The notes beneath the pieces are model-generated. The model was not told the origin of the DNA. It did no database searches and saw only the letters and a list, made by a program, of their open reading frames with translations. A stretch of 64,000 nucleotides of DNA from Torpedo marmorata (Eukaryota): NCBI GenBank assembly GCA_977017645.1, contig OZ360242.1, positions 46,252,001 through 46,316,000 of the forward strand, read 5' to 3'. Shown here one piece after another: positions 13,159 to 25,031 of the stretch (position 1 is its first letter; each line of letters starts with the position of its first letter). The position numbers and the translations under genes were made by a program.

Positions 13159-13830
13159 CAGTAAAGCCCTGGTGTCTGGAATTCAAGCAAACGGCAGCCT
13201 CAAGCAACCAGCAAAAAAAATATTGAGGAAAAGAAATTTTAAAAATTAAAATAAATAAGAATAAAATAATACGTAAAAAATATGCAACTTTAAAATTGTA
13301 AAAGTAAATGTTATCTGAAGTAACACAAACATTTGGTGAAGATGGGAGCAAATATTCAGCCAGCAGAGTTCCTTGGTCGTTCTTTGCTCGTAGCAGGTGT
13401 TTGAATAAAGTTGTGTGAAACAGCAATGGTGTCGCCCAGGATGAAGAGCTGGTTGAAGCCGCTCGCCGTTGGGGTGACTCTCTTAAAGTGTCTCCTTATC
13501 CCTGCTTAGTAAGAGTCACCCTGGTCAGAGGCTTTATCTGTAAATTTGAGGGAGGGAGTGGTTAATTATCGATAATGTTATGGATCGTCTTTCGGGCAGA
13601 GGAACCTGCAGATGCAGCGACGGTTAAATGTTTTCAAAGAATGTGACTGAAAATAAAGTAAAATGCTTTAAAGTTTATATATTCATGCAAGTGAAGTTTG
13701 TTCAGTCTTTTAAACTGTTTCTTCTTAATGCAGGTGTATTAGTTAGGCATTGTAAGAGTAAGTCTTAATAAAATACATTTATCCAGCATCTACCAATCCC
13801 CATAGGTGCCGGATACCAGGGGTTTTACTG
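13159..13830. mobile_element. Tc1/mariner (pogo/Tigger-like) MITE
   Basis: TA|cagtaaagccctggtgtctgg ... ccggataccaggggttttactg|TA. Confidence 0.85.
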
Positions 13831-13926
13831 TAAATAGTTAGCTGTCATAAAATGAGCGAACAAACAGATTTCTGAAACATTCGAGTTTGTGGCTCAAATT
13901 CACCAGGCATTTAAAAAACCTTACAG

Positions 13927-14050
13927 GTCCGCCCTACTGGATGAGAAGCGGCGTCTGGAGACAAGAATATCACAAATGGAGGAAGAGCTTGAAGAGGAGC
14001 AGAGTAACATGGAATCACTGAATGATCGTCTCAGGAAAGTGATACAGCAG
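13927..14050 (+). CDS. MYH11: Myosin-11 rod exon ([11 protein letters not shown]...KVIQQ)
   Basis: acag|...|gtaagg, 124 nt. Confidence 0.93.
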
Positions 14051-14165
14051 GTAAGGTGCTGGAGAAACATTGCCTCACCGAGTCTGTCATCCGATGGATG
14101 TGATCCCATAAATCAGGTCATTGCCCAGACAAGGAAGTTTTCAATATCAGTTACTTGCATCTAAA

Positions 14166-14392
14166 GGGCGGCACGATTAGCTCAACGCTGTTACAGCGCC
14201 AGCAACCAGGATTCGATTCCAGCGCTGTCTGTAAGGAGTTTGTACATTCTCCCCATGTCTGTGTAGGTTTCCTCCGGGTGCTCTGGTTTCCTCCCACTGT
14301 TCAAAACGTAACAGAGGTTGTAGGTCAATTGGGTGCAATTGAGTGTCACAGGCTCATGGGCCGAAAGGGTCTGATACTGTGCTGTATGTCTA
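14166..14392 (+). mobile_element. V-SINE copy
   Basis: Similar to the other copies. Confidence 0.8.
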
Positions 14393-14994
14393 AAAAAAAT
14401 TTTTTTTAATTCTATATAAAATCACACCACCATTGTAACTCAGAACTCGTAATCAAAACATTAAGATCCCACATTCAGTCTAACTATTTAAAAAGTGAGA
14501 TGATAATTACAAACCTCTCATCGGGTTAAAATGTCTGTATATTCTCATCTTAAGGGTGATTTGTACTCATTTATCAGTCACTTTTTATATAGACTTTCAG
14601 ACCACACATTGCCTCAGCACAGATCTTCAGAGCAATTGCCCAGAAATTGATGTGTGCAGTATGCATTTTATATTTGGTTAAACTGCATTGTGTTTTAGTA
14701 CTATTGTGCCCATTTCCAGTGAAACACCTGATCATTGGCACAAATTTGGACAGGGCACTTAGAGATGCTATTCACAATAGGACAGCTGATGTTTCTCCAA
14801 GCATCATTTGCCTATTGGATGTCACCATCAATGTGCCCTACCAGCAGAAATTGAAGCAATAATGTTGATTTTTTTTTAAAGTCCACTCTTAAATGCATAC
14901 AACCATCAAAAATATTGGCAGAACTCCTTTTGAGAACCTTCAAGATGTGTTACTTACTGTTGGGTTAATCCTTCCTCAGTAGGATTTTTATTTT

Positions 14995-15233
14995 AAATTT
15001 AGACATACAGCACAGTAATAGGCACTTCCAACCCATGAGCCCATGCCGCCCAAATACCCCAATTAACCTACAAACCCCGAACGTTTTGAACAGTGGGAGG
15101 AAACCCGAGCACCCGGAGGAAACCCATGCAGACACGGGGAGAACGTACAAACTCCTTACAGACAGCGCCGGATTTGAGCTCGGGTCGCTGGTGCTGTAAT
15201 AGCATTGCGCTAACCTCTACACTAACCGTGCCA
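14995..15233 (-). mobile_element. V-SINE copy
   Basis: Similar to the other copies. Confidence 0.8.
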
Positions 15234-15451
15234 CAGAGTAAATGCTGCACAAATTGAATTTTGTTTGTAAGATCTCAATTAGTTGTCCATTAAATTCCAT
15301 TTTAAAATACCATTTAAGGAAATGCCCTGAAACACCTAATTAACATACAAAATAGTAATTGCTGTACCAGTCAGGCAAACCATTTCGTCTCTGGTGCTAT
15401 CAACTATTAGTTCTGTACAGGATTACAAGATGATATAAAATGATGAGATAC

Positions 15452-15749
15452 AAGTGTATAAGTTGATGAGAGGCATTGATCATTTGGATGGTCAGAGGCT
15501 TTTTCCCAGGGCTGAAATGGCTAACACAAGGGGGCATAGATTTAAGGTGCTTGGGAGTAAGTACAGAGGAGATGTGAGAGGTAGGTTTTTCCCACACAGA
15601 GTGGTGGGTGCAAGGAATGCACTGCCGGCAACAGTGGTGGATGCAGGTACAATAGGATCTTTCAAGAGACGATTAGATAGGTACGTGGAACTGAGAAAAA
15701 TGGAGGGTTATGCAATAAGGAAATTCAAGGCAGTTGTTAGAGTAGGTGA
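15452..15749 (+). mobile_element. CR1 3' end; continues at 16363-16425 after the DNA-transposon insertion
   Basis: YKLMRGID...TRGHRFKV...FFPHRVV peptide. Tail ggaccgaagggcctgt..tgtgctgta resumes after 16362. Confidence 0.8.
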
Positions 15750-16362
15750 CACTGGACAACGATATTTTTCAGAAGGTTTGCTTCCTGACAAAAAATTGGG
15801 GATTATGATAAGACAACTTCAAGCTGAACACAAAGATAATTTCAGATTTTGTGTATCACGTAGGAAGTTGGAGAAACATTCAATTAACTTTTATTGAATT
15901 TAACATGTTTAATCACATAATGATGCTGACAAATTGCATTAGTTCAACTGACCGGAAAATGTTTTGCTGCTGATTTTCGTTTGTACTCAACATATGATGC
16001 CTCTCGTGTCAGTGTCCAACAATAGTTGGCCAGCATTGATGGATTCCAGTTGCCCTGATACCACTTTTCCATGGTCGCAATGCCCTGGTGAAACCTTTCA
16101 CATTTGTCACTGACTGCACCAGGATCAGAAGGGAAGAAATCCAAGTGCGAATGCAGAAAATGAATTTTCAATGACATGTTGCACTTCATGGTTTTGTATG
16201 CTTGAAGTAGACTTAAAATATGACAGGAAATCACAAAAATAGGTTACATCTTAAAAAACTGTACGTAATAGGAAACTTTAAAGGTATTTTTGTGATCAGC
16301 AGCCCAAAATCCATAAAATACACCCAAAAGTGTTCAAGAAGCAACATTTTCATTGTCCAGTG
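15750..16362 (-). mobile_element. Non-autonomous Chapaev3-like DNA transposon
   Basis: TIRs cactggacaa / ttgtccagtg, 3-bp flanks tga / tta. Retains the C-terminal peptide MSLKIHFLHSHLDFFP...ERFHQ.I..MEK.YQG.W.PSMLA.YCW. Family assignment is from recall. Confidence 0.7.
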
Positions 16363-16516
16363 TTATTAGGTCGGCACAATACTGTGGACCGAAGGGCCTG
16401 TAATGTGCTGTAGATTTCTATGTTCCATAATAACAGCTTTCTTGATAGAACCAATACTTTACTGTTATTCTTCTGTTATGTTTGCAAAATTTTACGAAGA
16501 TTCTTTTGAACTTCAG

Positions 16517-16725
16517 TCTGAACAGCTGTCTAATGAACTGGCTGCTGAGCGCAGTGCGAATCAGAAGAACGATGGTGCTCGGCAGCAACTTGAGAGGCAG
16601 AACAAAGAGCTGAAGGCCAAGCTCCAGGAAATGGAAGGCACTGTCAGGTCCAAGTTCAAAGCAACAATCACATCTTTGGAGGCAAAGGTTGCCCAGTTGG
16701 AAGACCAGCTGGAAGCAGAAGCAAA
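16517..16725 (+). CDS. MYH11: Myosin-11 rod exon ([12 protein letters not shown]...LEAEAK)
   Basis: tcag|...|gtaagg, 209 nt. Confidence 0.94.
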
Positions 16726-17035
16726 GTAAGGGGATTTGCTTGTCCTGATAAGTTATCTTCATTTGCAGGTCATCCATGGTATTTATCATCCACTTCTGTA
16801 GCCCAATGCATAATTTGCTGCAAACAGCAAACAACCCACGCTCACTTTGCCTTCTTGGGCCACCAGTGTTAGCTTGCTGCCAGAACCAATCAATTCAAAA
16901 TGCTGAGGCCCGATGTGGCAGCAAGGACCAGTATAAAGTTAATGCTATTACGTTATTGCCAGAACAAGCCCCACAAACAAAATGGTAGTAAAACTATGAA
17001 AGTCAGCCAAGCCAAATTCCTGCTGTAAAAACACA

Positions 17036-17240
17036 AAAATTCTGGAGGAACTCAACAGGTCTCGCAGCGTCCATAGGAGGTAAAGATATATAACCGTTTC
17101 AGACCTGAGCCCTTGACGCAGGGATCAGGCCCAAAACATTGGTTATATATCTTTACCTTCTATGGACGTTGCAAGACCTGCTGAGTTCCTCCAGTATTTT
17201 TTTACTACAATCACAGAGTCTGCAGACTTTCGTGTTTCAC
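17036..17240. mobile_element. Penelope-derived palindromic terminal remnant
   Basis: Inverted arms of about 70 bp (ctggaggaactcaacaggtc... / ...gacctgctgagttcctccag); same motif as the other Penelope ends in the window. Confidence 0.65.
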
Positions 17241-17325
17241 TCCAAATCACTGCAGTAGCCAGTTCTCAAACTCGAGATGTACCTGAAAATTAGAAACAGT
17301 CAAGGTACAGTATATATTGTTCCTT

Positions 17326-19740
17326 TGTAGTCGCGCTACGGCACGCTATCGATTAAAGACGCAGAGACTGTGGAGTTCAATCACTGGATTCAAAACACTG
17401 AACTATTCCCGGGGCGGAAGTGACGTCAGCGCCCTTTCTGGAAGCCCCGCCCCGAGCGCGTAGTTCTGGTCGCCCCGTTGTGTCCGATGGCGGTTCCAGA
17501 CCCGCGAGTGCGCGCCGCTACACCACCCCCCCCCCAGAAACATCCATCAGGGATCTGGAGCCCCCATCCTGTGCGTCTGGCTTGGGTGGCCGGCCTCGCC
17601 GTCGCAGTGCGGGCACACTTACCGGTTGGTCGATGTCCAAGTGTGCCAGTTTCAGGCGGTCTATTGTGAAAGTCTCTTGCCGGTCACCCACCTCCACAAT
17701 GCATGTGGTTCCATTCCTCTGGATCACCTTGAACGATTCCTCGTACGGTCGCTGTAGAGGGGACCTGTGTGTGCCCCTGCGAATAAAGACATACTCACAG
17801 TCTTGCAGGTCCTTGGGGGTGAAAGATGGTGTTGGACCGTGTTTGGAGGTCTGGACCGGTGCAAGGGTCCCTACCTTGTCCCTCAGTCTCGTCAGCACCG
17901 CAGCTGGAGTCTCTTCTGTACTGCTGGCCTCTGGAATGAATTCGCCTGGTACCATCAGGGGGGTGCCATAAACTAACTCTGCAGAGTAAGAACTCAAGTC
18001 CACTTTATGGGCGGTCCGAATGCCCAGCAGGACCCAGGGAAGCTCATCTGACCAGTTGGGGCCTTTCAGGCGAGCCATCAGTGCCGATTTGAGGTGGCGG
18101 TGGAAACGTTCTACCAGGCCATTGGACTGGGGGTGGTACGCCATGGTGTGATGCAGTTGTGTGGCCAGGAGTTGTGCCAATGCCGTCCACAAAGTCGAAG
18201 TGAACTGCACCCCTCTGTCCGAAGTGATGTCTGTGGGTAGACCGAACCAGTTGGCGATCAGTGCTCAGGCGCAAGCCTCCGTGGAGGCTTCTGTGAGCGG
18301 GACTGCCTCTGGCCACCTGGTGATCTGGTCCACCATGGTAAACAGGTAACTGTAGCCCCGGGAGACTGGCAGTGGACCGACGATGTCCACATGGACGTAT
18401 TGGAACCTCCTGTCTGGCAGCTGGAACTGCTGGAGTGGGGCCTTAACATGTCGATGTACCTTGGAGGCTTGGCAGTGAACGCAGGTTCTGGCCTAGTGGC
18501 CCACTTGCTTGTGCAATCCCTGCCAGACAAATCTGTCCGCCACGAGTTTAATGGACGCTCGGATGGATGGATGGGACAGGTTGTGCAGAGTATCGAACAC
18601 TCGGCGTCTCCACGCTGCCGGAACCACTGGTCTGGGCCTGTCTGTGGAAACGTCGCAAAGGAGCCGGTCTGCTGCTGGGCCGAAAGGGACGTCCTGCAGC
18701 TGGAGGCCTGAGATGGCGGTGCGATAGGCCGGCATTTCAGGGTCTGCCTGCTGTGCCGCCGCTAGTGCTGTGTGGTCAATGCCCGAGGACGAGGTGCCCA
18801 CTGAGAGGAGTGTGGGGCGAGACAGTGTGTCGGTGACGACGTTGTTCTTCCCTGCAATGTGGCGGACGTCGGAAGTGAACTCTGAGATGAACGACAGGTG
18901 CCTCTGTTGCCGGGCTGACCATGGGTCCGAGACTTTAGCCAGTGCGTAGGTGAGGGGCTTGTGGTCTGTGTAGGCGGTGAACTCTCTCCCCTCCAGGAAG
19001 TACCGGAAGTGTCGGACGGCCAGGTAGAGGGCCAGAAGCTCTCTGTCAAAAGCACTGTATTTTACCTCTGGCGGTCGCAGGTGCCAGCATAAAAAGGCAA
19101 GTGGTCGCCACTGACCCTTGACGAGCTGTTCGAGGACTCCCCCTATGGCCGTGTCGGATGCGTCAACCGTAAGCGCCGTAGGGGCTTCGGCCCTCGGGTG
19201 TGCTAAAAGGGTAGCGTTTGCCAGTGCCTCCTTGGCCTGCTCAAAAGCTTCGTTTGACGCCGAGTCCCAAGTGACGTCTTTGGACTTGCCTGCCATCAGG
19301 GTGAACAAAGGCCTCATTATGTGTGCTGCCACCGGAACAAATCGGTGATAGAAGTTGACCATACCCACGAATTCCTGCAGGCCTTTCAATGTGGTGGGGC
19401 TTCGGGCTGCTCGAACCATACATGGGGCTGAGTGGACCAGAAAGTCGGGAGCTTCAGTGAGACTGCGCTGGAACTCATGGTCGATGCTGCTTCTTTAACT
19501 CCAGATGCCGTCTGGAGCATCGGGGTCACCAATGTAGTCGCGCTACGGCGCGCTATCGATTAAAAACGCAGAGACTGTGGAGTTCAATCATGGAGTCTTT
19601 ACTGGATTCAAAACACTGAACTATTCCCGGGGTGGAAGTGACGTCAGCACCCTTTCCGGAAGTCATGCCCCGAGTGCGTAGTTCCGGACGCCCCGTTGTG
19701 TCCGATGGTGGTTCGAGACCCGCGAGTGTGCGCCGCTACA
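17326..19740 (-). mobile_element. Ty3/Gypsy LTR retrotransposon, internally deleted
   Basis: LTRs 17326-17522 and 19533-19740 (TG...CA); TSD cctt; PBS tggtgaccccga; G-rich PPT. RNase H motifs (DAS, YSAFDRELLA, TDHKPL) and integrase motifs (YHPQSNGLVERFH, RPYE). Confidence 0.95.
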
Positions 19741-20255
19741 CCTTTTGTATTCTGCATATTTTGGTATATTGACAATTCACCTATACCATTTTCAAAAAAA
19801 CAGGACACAAAATGAATACTGCATTTCAGATGAGCACATTGTAAATAAGTCATGACTGGCAGAAAGCTTGGAGCAATAATTATATTTTGGCCACTGCATT
19901 GGTGCCCATAAACCATTTAAGCTTCTCTTTTGTAGTTTGGTATTTAAAATATCATGGGATTAAGCCTTGGATCTCCTGTGTGTGCATTGGATGGATATTC
20001 TCCAGATTATATAGTTTATATATTAAAAGAATCCATGTATTTATTTTTAACAAGACAACCCAATTAATATCAAACTCTGAATACCAAATTACTCCTTGTT
20101 ATGTTAGGAAATCTTAATGGAATTAAATAGATGCAATTAGGTTATTAACAGGATGCATTGTTCAACTACAGCTGATATAGCAGTTAGTATTACTAAATTC
20201 TCTTATTGCAATCATGTGTCCTGGTTTGATTCACATTGAATATCTTGCTCTTCAG

Positions 20256-20364
20256 GGAGAAACAAGCATATAACAAGGCAGCTCGCCGTACAGAGAAGAA
20301 ACTGAAGGAGGTCATGATGCAGGTGGAAGATGAACGAAGACATGGAGAGCAGTATAAAGAACAG
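20256..20364 (+). CDS. MYH11: Myosin-11 rod exon (EKQAYNK...EQYKEQ)
   Basis: tcag|...|gtacag, 109 nt. Confidence 0.93.
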
Positions 20365-20415
20365 GTACAGTACCAACCTTCCCCCAAAAATGGGAATAAA
20401 CAGGCACTCCTGCAT

Positions 20416-20660
20416 GGCTAGCACAGTTAGCGTAGCGGTTAGCAGAACACTGTAACAGCACCAGCGATCGGGATTCGAATCTGGCGCTGTCTGTAAGGAG
20501 TTTGTACGTTCTCCCCATGTCTGCGTGGGGTTCCTCCGGGGGCTACGGTTTCCTCCCACCCTTCAAAACGAACCAGGGGTTGTAGGTCAATTGGGTGTAA
20601 TTAGGCGGCACAGGCTGGTGGGCCAAAAGGGCCTGTTACCGTGCTGCATGTCTAAATTTA
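20416..20660 (+). mobile_element. V-SINE copy
   Basis: Similar to the other copies. Confidence 0.8.
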
Positions 20661-21021
20661 AACATTTAAATTTAAAAAATTTTAATTTCCTGAACTATTT
20701 CCAAGAACATTTCCCTCTGACAAATTCAGATCGTAATCATTGCTCCCATTTTTTTTTCAGATATCAGAAGCTGTTAATGATTCTGAATTCAATAAATCCC
20801 TCTCACCTTCCATTTTACCACAAATCCCCATTGTTATTCTCCAACTGCCTAAAACCATGTGATTTTCCAATTCTGATGGAAGATCACATATCTAAAAATT
20901 AACTTGGTTTCCTTTTCCAGAAACACTGCCTGACATGCTGAGTACACCAAGCATTTTCTATTCATTTTTAAGATATTCTGGATTCACAATTAGTTGAAAT
21001 GTAGTATCAGTTGAGTAAAGA

Positions 21022-22125
21022 CATAAGAACATAAGAAATCGAGAAGTAGGTCACACTAACCCTCAGGTCTATCCTGATATTCAATAAAATCACAGCTGAT
21101 ATTTTAATTTAGAGCCAATTTCCTACACTAATCATATATCCCTTCGTTCCCATATTATCTAAATATCTATCAATCTCTCCCTTGAATATCCTCAGCAGTC
21201 CTCGGTAGAGAATTAAAGATTTACTCCTCTCAGGGTAAAGAGATTTCTTCTCATCTCTTTCCTGAAAAACTGGTCCCTTATTTTGCAACTGTGACCTCTT
21301 GTTCTTAAGATATCCCACCCAGAGAAAATGTAACTGTAACTACCATAAGAAATTTATACATTTCTCATTTTTCTAAGGTGAAGTATAGGCCCAGTTCACT
21401 TGCAATCCCAGGAATCAATCTAATTAATCCTCACTGTACTCCCTCCTTCGTTAGGCTGGAAGACCAGATCACACATTGAACTACTCCTTAATGATTCTTC
21501 TGTCTTTCTGTTTTATTATTGACACATATAACAAACTTTCCTGTTTACACGACAATCAAAAATCCCCTGCAAAGTATGCTGCACTCTAATACTTCTAACT
21601 GACAGCAAATCCCAGTACAAAGTCTCACTAAAAGTCTGTAGGAGAGTGCAAATAAAATGAATGTGTGGCATTGACACAAAATCTAATCCATACACTCTAG
21701 AACTAACTACATGGCATGAATATTTTTGCCTCTTGTAAATTGTGCTTTTTTTCCCCATAATACATTGGGGCATTTAAAACTGTACCATTGCTTCCGAAGT
21801 CCTACAAATAGTGTAGGAACAGGCCATTAGTCCATGCCAACCAAGCTGTATACCTGAGCTATTACCATTTGTTCATGTTTCTAAACATTTCCTATTCATG
21901 TATCTGTTTGAATCTCTTTTGAATATTTTAACTCTGCAACTTCCTCTGGCAGCTCGTTCCATATACCCACCACTCTATGTGGAAAAAGTTGCCCAATAGG
22001 TCCCTTTTAAATCTTTGTCCTCACCTTAAACATGCTCTATAGTTTTAGAGTCCCTTATCCTGAAAAAAAAAAGACTGTGACCATTCACTTGATCTATCCC
22101 CCTCATGATTTTATGGACCTCCATA
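21022..22125 (-). mobile_element. Degraded CR1 3' fragments (about 21022-21480 and 21810-22125)
   Basis: cataagaa tail repeat and reverse-strand CR1 C-terminal-like peptide. Confidence 0.55.
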
Positions 22126-22173
22126 ATTCTAGTGGTACTGATGTACAAACTTAAAATATTTCATCCACTGCAG

Positions 22174-22346
22174 GCAGAGAAAAGCAATACCCGTATGAAA
22201 CAGCTCAAACGGCAGCTGGAAGAGGCAGAGGAAGAATCCCAGCGGATCAATGCATCTCGGCGGAAGCTTCAACGAGAGCTTGAAGAAGCCACAGAACTGA
22301 ATGAAACCATGACCCGCGAATGTAACACGCTGAAGAACAAACTGAG
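22174..22346 (+). CDS. MYH11: Myosin-11 last rod exon ([14 protein letters not shown]...LKNKLR)
   Basis: gcag|...|gtaaat, 173 nt, ends in phase 2. Confidence 0.95.
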
Positions 22347-24998
22347 GTAAATTTAGCCAATCCACAGTGGAGTCGGAACTCCTTAAACAAGTGGAGTCAC
22401 AGTGTCATCTTTGCAGCACTGATGATTTCCCAGGGCTTCCCTCCAAGCTGATTCTCCATCACTAACCCTTTGCTAGGTGTGACTGGGATATCTTGGTTAA
22501 TGGATATAAACTGGGGTTTTCCTGAACTTCCATCAAAATTAGAGTGGGTGGACTTTGAACAGCTGCAGGGAAATTCCTAGCCCGTAACTTTTCCTCTGTT
22601 AAAGTGGCAAGATGAAAATATTGATACTTATAAAAAGTTACATGAAAACATCATTTGAACAAGACAGGTAGGAAATGTATTTCAGGCCAAAAGATGTTAT
22701 TGGAGGGAAATGTGCAAGGGAGATCAACATACTTTCCCATGGATAAGGCTTATCCATTTGCTTTATAGGATAATGTAGATTTGGTTTGAATTTTATTTTG
22801 CCAGGAACATGCACAGGAATTTAAATTATACTCTGAGGGACATTTAAACTCATACATTAGACACACGTGTATATGTCCTTCATGATTATCAGAGGGGTTG
22901 TGCCTCTGCTGGTCCCCACCACTGCATGTACTTCAGCCTTAAAGCCACATGTCAGCAAAGGGCAGCTAACTTTCCCACTTTGGGAATCTCCTAGAATTGT
23001 TTCCTGGTACCAAGAGAAAGTGCTTGCCATTCATTTCAATGTCAACCTCCACTGCCACCTCTGCTTTTTGTGATGAAGCTATAGTGGGAAATGGAAGGCA
23101 GCTGTCAAATTTCAGCTCGGCTCCCTCACTGACTGAACAGTGAGATTCATGATGAGGGTTCAGATCGACAGCTAAATCAGGAGCAAAGTAATGAAAGATG
23201 ATGGACAACATCTCTGTTATACGTGACCACAGTCTCCAGCGACTGAAGGTGTGGGTTAGGACACAAGAAGAACAAAATAGTTCTGTGAGAGGAGACCTGA
23301 GCAACTAAACAAAAGCAACAAGAAATAAACAAATCCAATCCAAACTGAGAAAGTGGGGTCTAATAAAATATTTTATGTCGTGCTCACCGGAAACAAAAGA
23401 CATATATATGATAGTATTTACCTGGGGTTCAAGGCAGTCAGAGAAATTCTACCAAACGAAAAAAGATACCGGTATATCTGCTTGTTCCACACCCGAAACA
23501 TCCGCTTCCTTAAAAAATGTATAAATATTTATAAATGATTAATCTTTTTTTTTTATTTGTGCTATGAAGCTTTAATTGCATATGTATGAAAAATAATGGA
23601 ATAATGTTAAAATGGGGAGGAGAATAGTTTTAAGTATTTTGATCGTGAAATGTCATTCTAAAATGTTACAAAAAAGTCACTTGAGGAATAAGAAATACAG
23701 GGGGTCTCATCGTAGCAATTCTTTCCAATTGTTTATTATCTCATGTCAAAGAGATATGGGTGAGTGCCCACAGATAACATATACAACCACATGGGATGAA
23801 TATTAGCAATCCAATCCATTGGGAAAATGAAAGAAAACAGCTTCACTATTTTAATTGATTAATTATTAATTAATTGATAATTAATAATAAAATTGAGTCA
23901 CTCACAGGAATTTTATATGGGGAAAAGAAGAAAGGCAAGCAAATGAATCCCAGTTGTTATTTTCAGTCTATGATTGCTTTTGAAACACTATGCCTATAAT
24001 CAGGATGATCATACCAGTAAAAAGAATAGACCCCAAACTTGGTAGGTCACTGAAGACTGGCATGTCGTGACGTGATTAATTGCCCATTCCTAGTTGGCCT
24101 TAAGTGATCGGGAGACACTTTGAATTCACACAAAATATTGGCACGTCAGGCTGCTGTAAGAGACACAAGATTTAACCACAAATCCCAAAGATTAAACTTT
24201 CAGGTAGTCCCAAATATCTAAAATGAAAATTCATATTCCTGAGGACATTTATGTTCCAGATGTTTTTATTCAGTGACATTTCAAGATTCAAGATTCAATT
24301 TATTGTCATAGTAATAAAACAGTGTTATATTCCATGAAATTTCTTTTTGCCTGCTGCAAGGCAGACAGATTCGCCACCGGCAGAAATTGCCTAAGCACCT
24401 CTAACATTCCTTACAGTCAGAGAAAGAGAAACAAAAGAGAGTCCCCCCAGAGTCACCGAGTGTCCGTAGATTCGCCTCCAGCACCTCCGCAGCCACACAG
24501 AGTCCAGTCCAAACCATCGGCAATCTGAGATCCAGATCCGAACCTCCAACACGGTCAGGGTGCCCTCGGCACCCCTTCGCATCCTGATTACAGTCATTCC
24601 TACTGGTGCTATCTCAGTTTTTAAAAATCATTGGATTTATAATTTATTAGTCTAACAATCCTATACTAATCTAGTTCCATAACCATACTACTAGATACTG
24701 TAAAATAAGTTGCCATATGAAAACCTCATGGCTCAGGAATGAGGCACACACATTTACTCTGTGATCTGTGTAAAAATTCTGATAGCTTGGTGGAGATTCC
24801 ATTTTTCAGTTATCAATGCAAAATAATGATTGTTAGATAACATCTCTAATATGGAATTGCATCAATGATAGTAATTGGTTTAGTCAAGTTGAAATGTTCT
24901 GCACAACAATAATGGGGTGCGATTACCGTATTTGCTTTAAGAATTGTTTATAATGGGAATTGTATGTAACCATGAGGGAAATCTTGTCTTTATTACAG

Positions 24999-25031
24999 AG
25001 GTGCACATGAGCCTGCTCAATGAACATCCAG
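24999..25031 (+). CDS. MYH11: SM2-type alternative cassette exon (R-GAHEPAQ*, stop at 25021-25023)
   Basis: tcttgtctttattacag|A GGT GCA CAT GAG CCT GCT CAA TGA ACATCCAG|gtacct. Phase, position and the TGA-N5-CAG ending parallel the mammalian SM2 exon. Confidence 0.8.

Noticed and set aside
7261-22365. Several Ser-rich minus-strand ORFs over myosin exons (7261, 8832, 9626, 10407, 13921, 22129)
   Set aside because: They are antisense shadows of Glu/Lys/Leu-rich coiled-coil codons, with no independent support.
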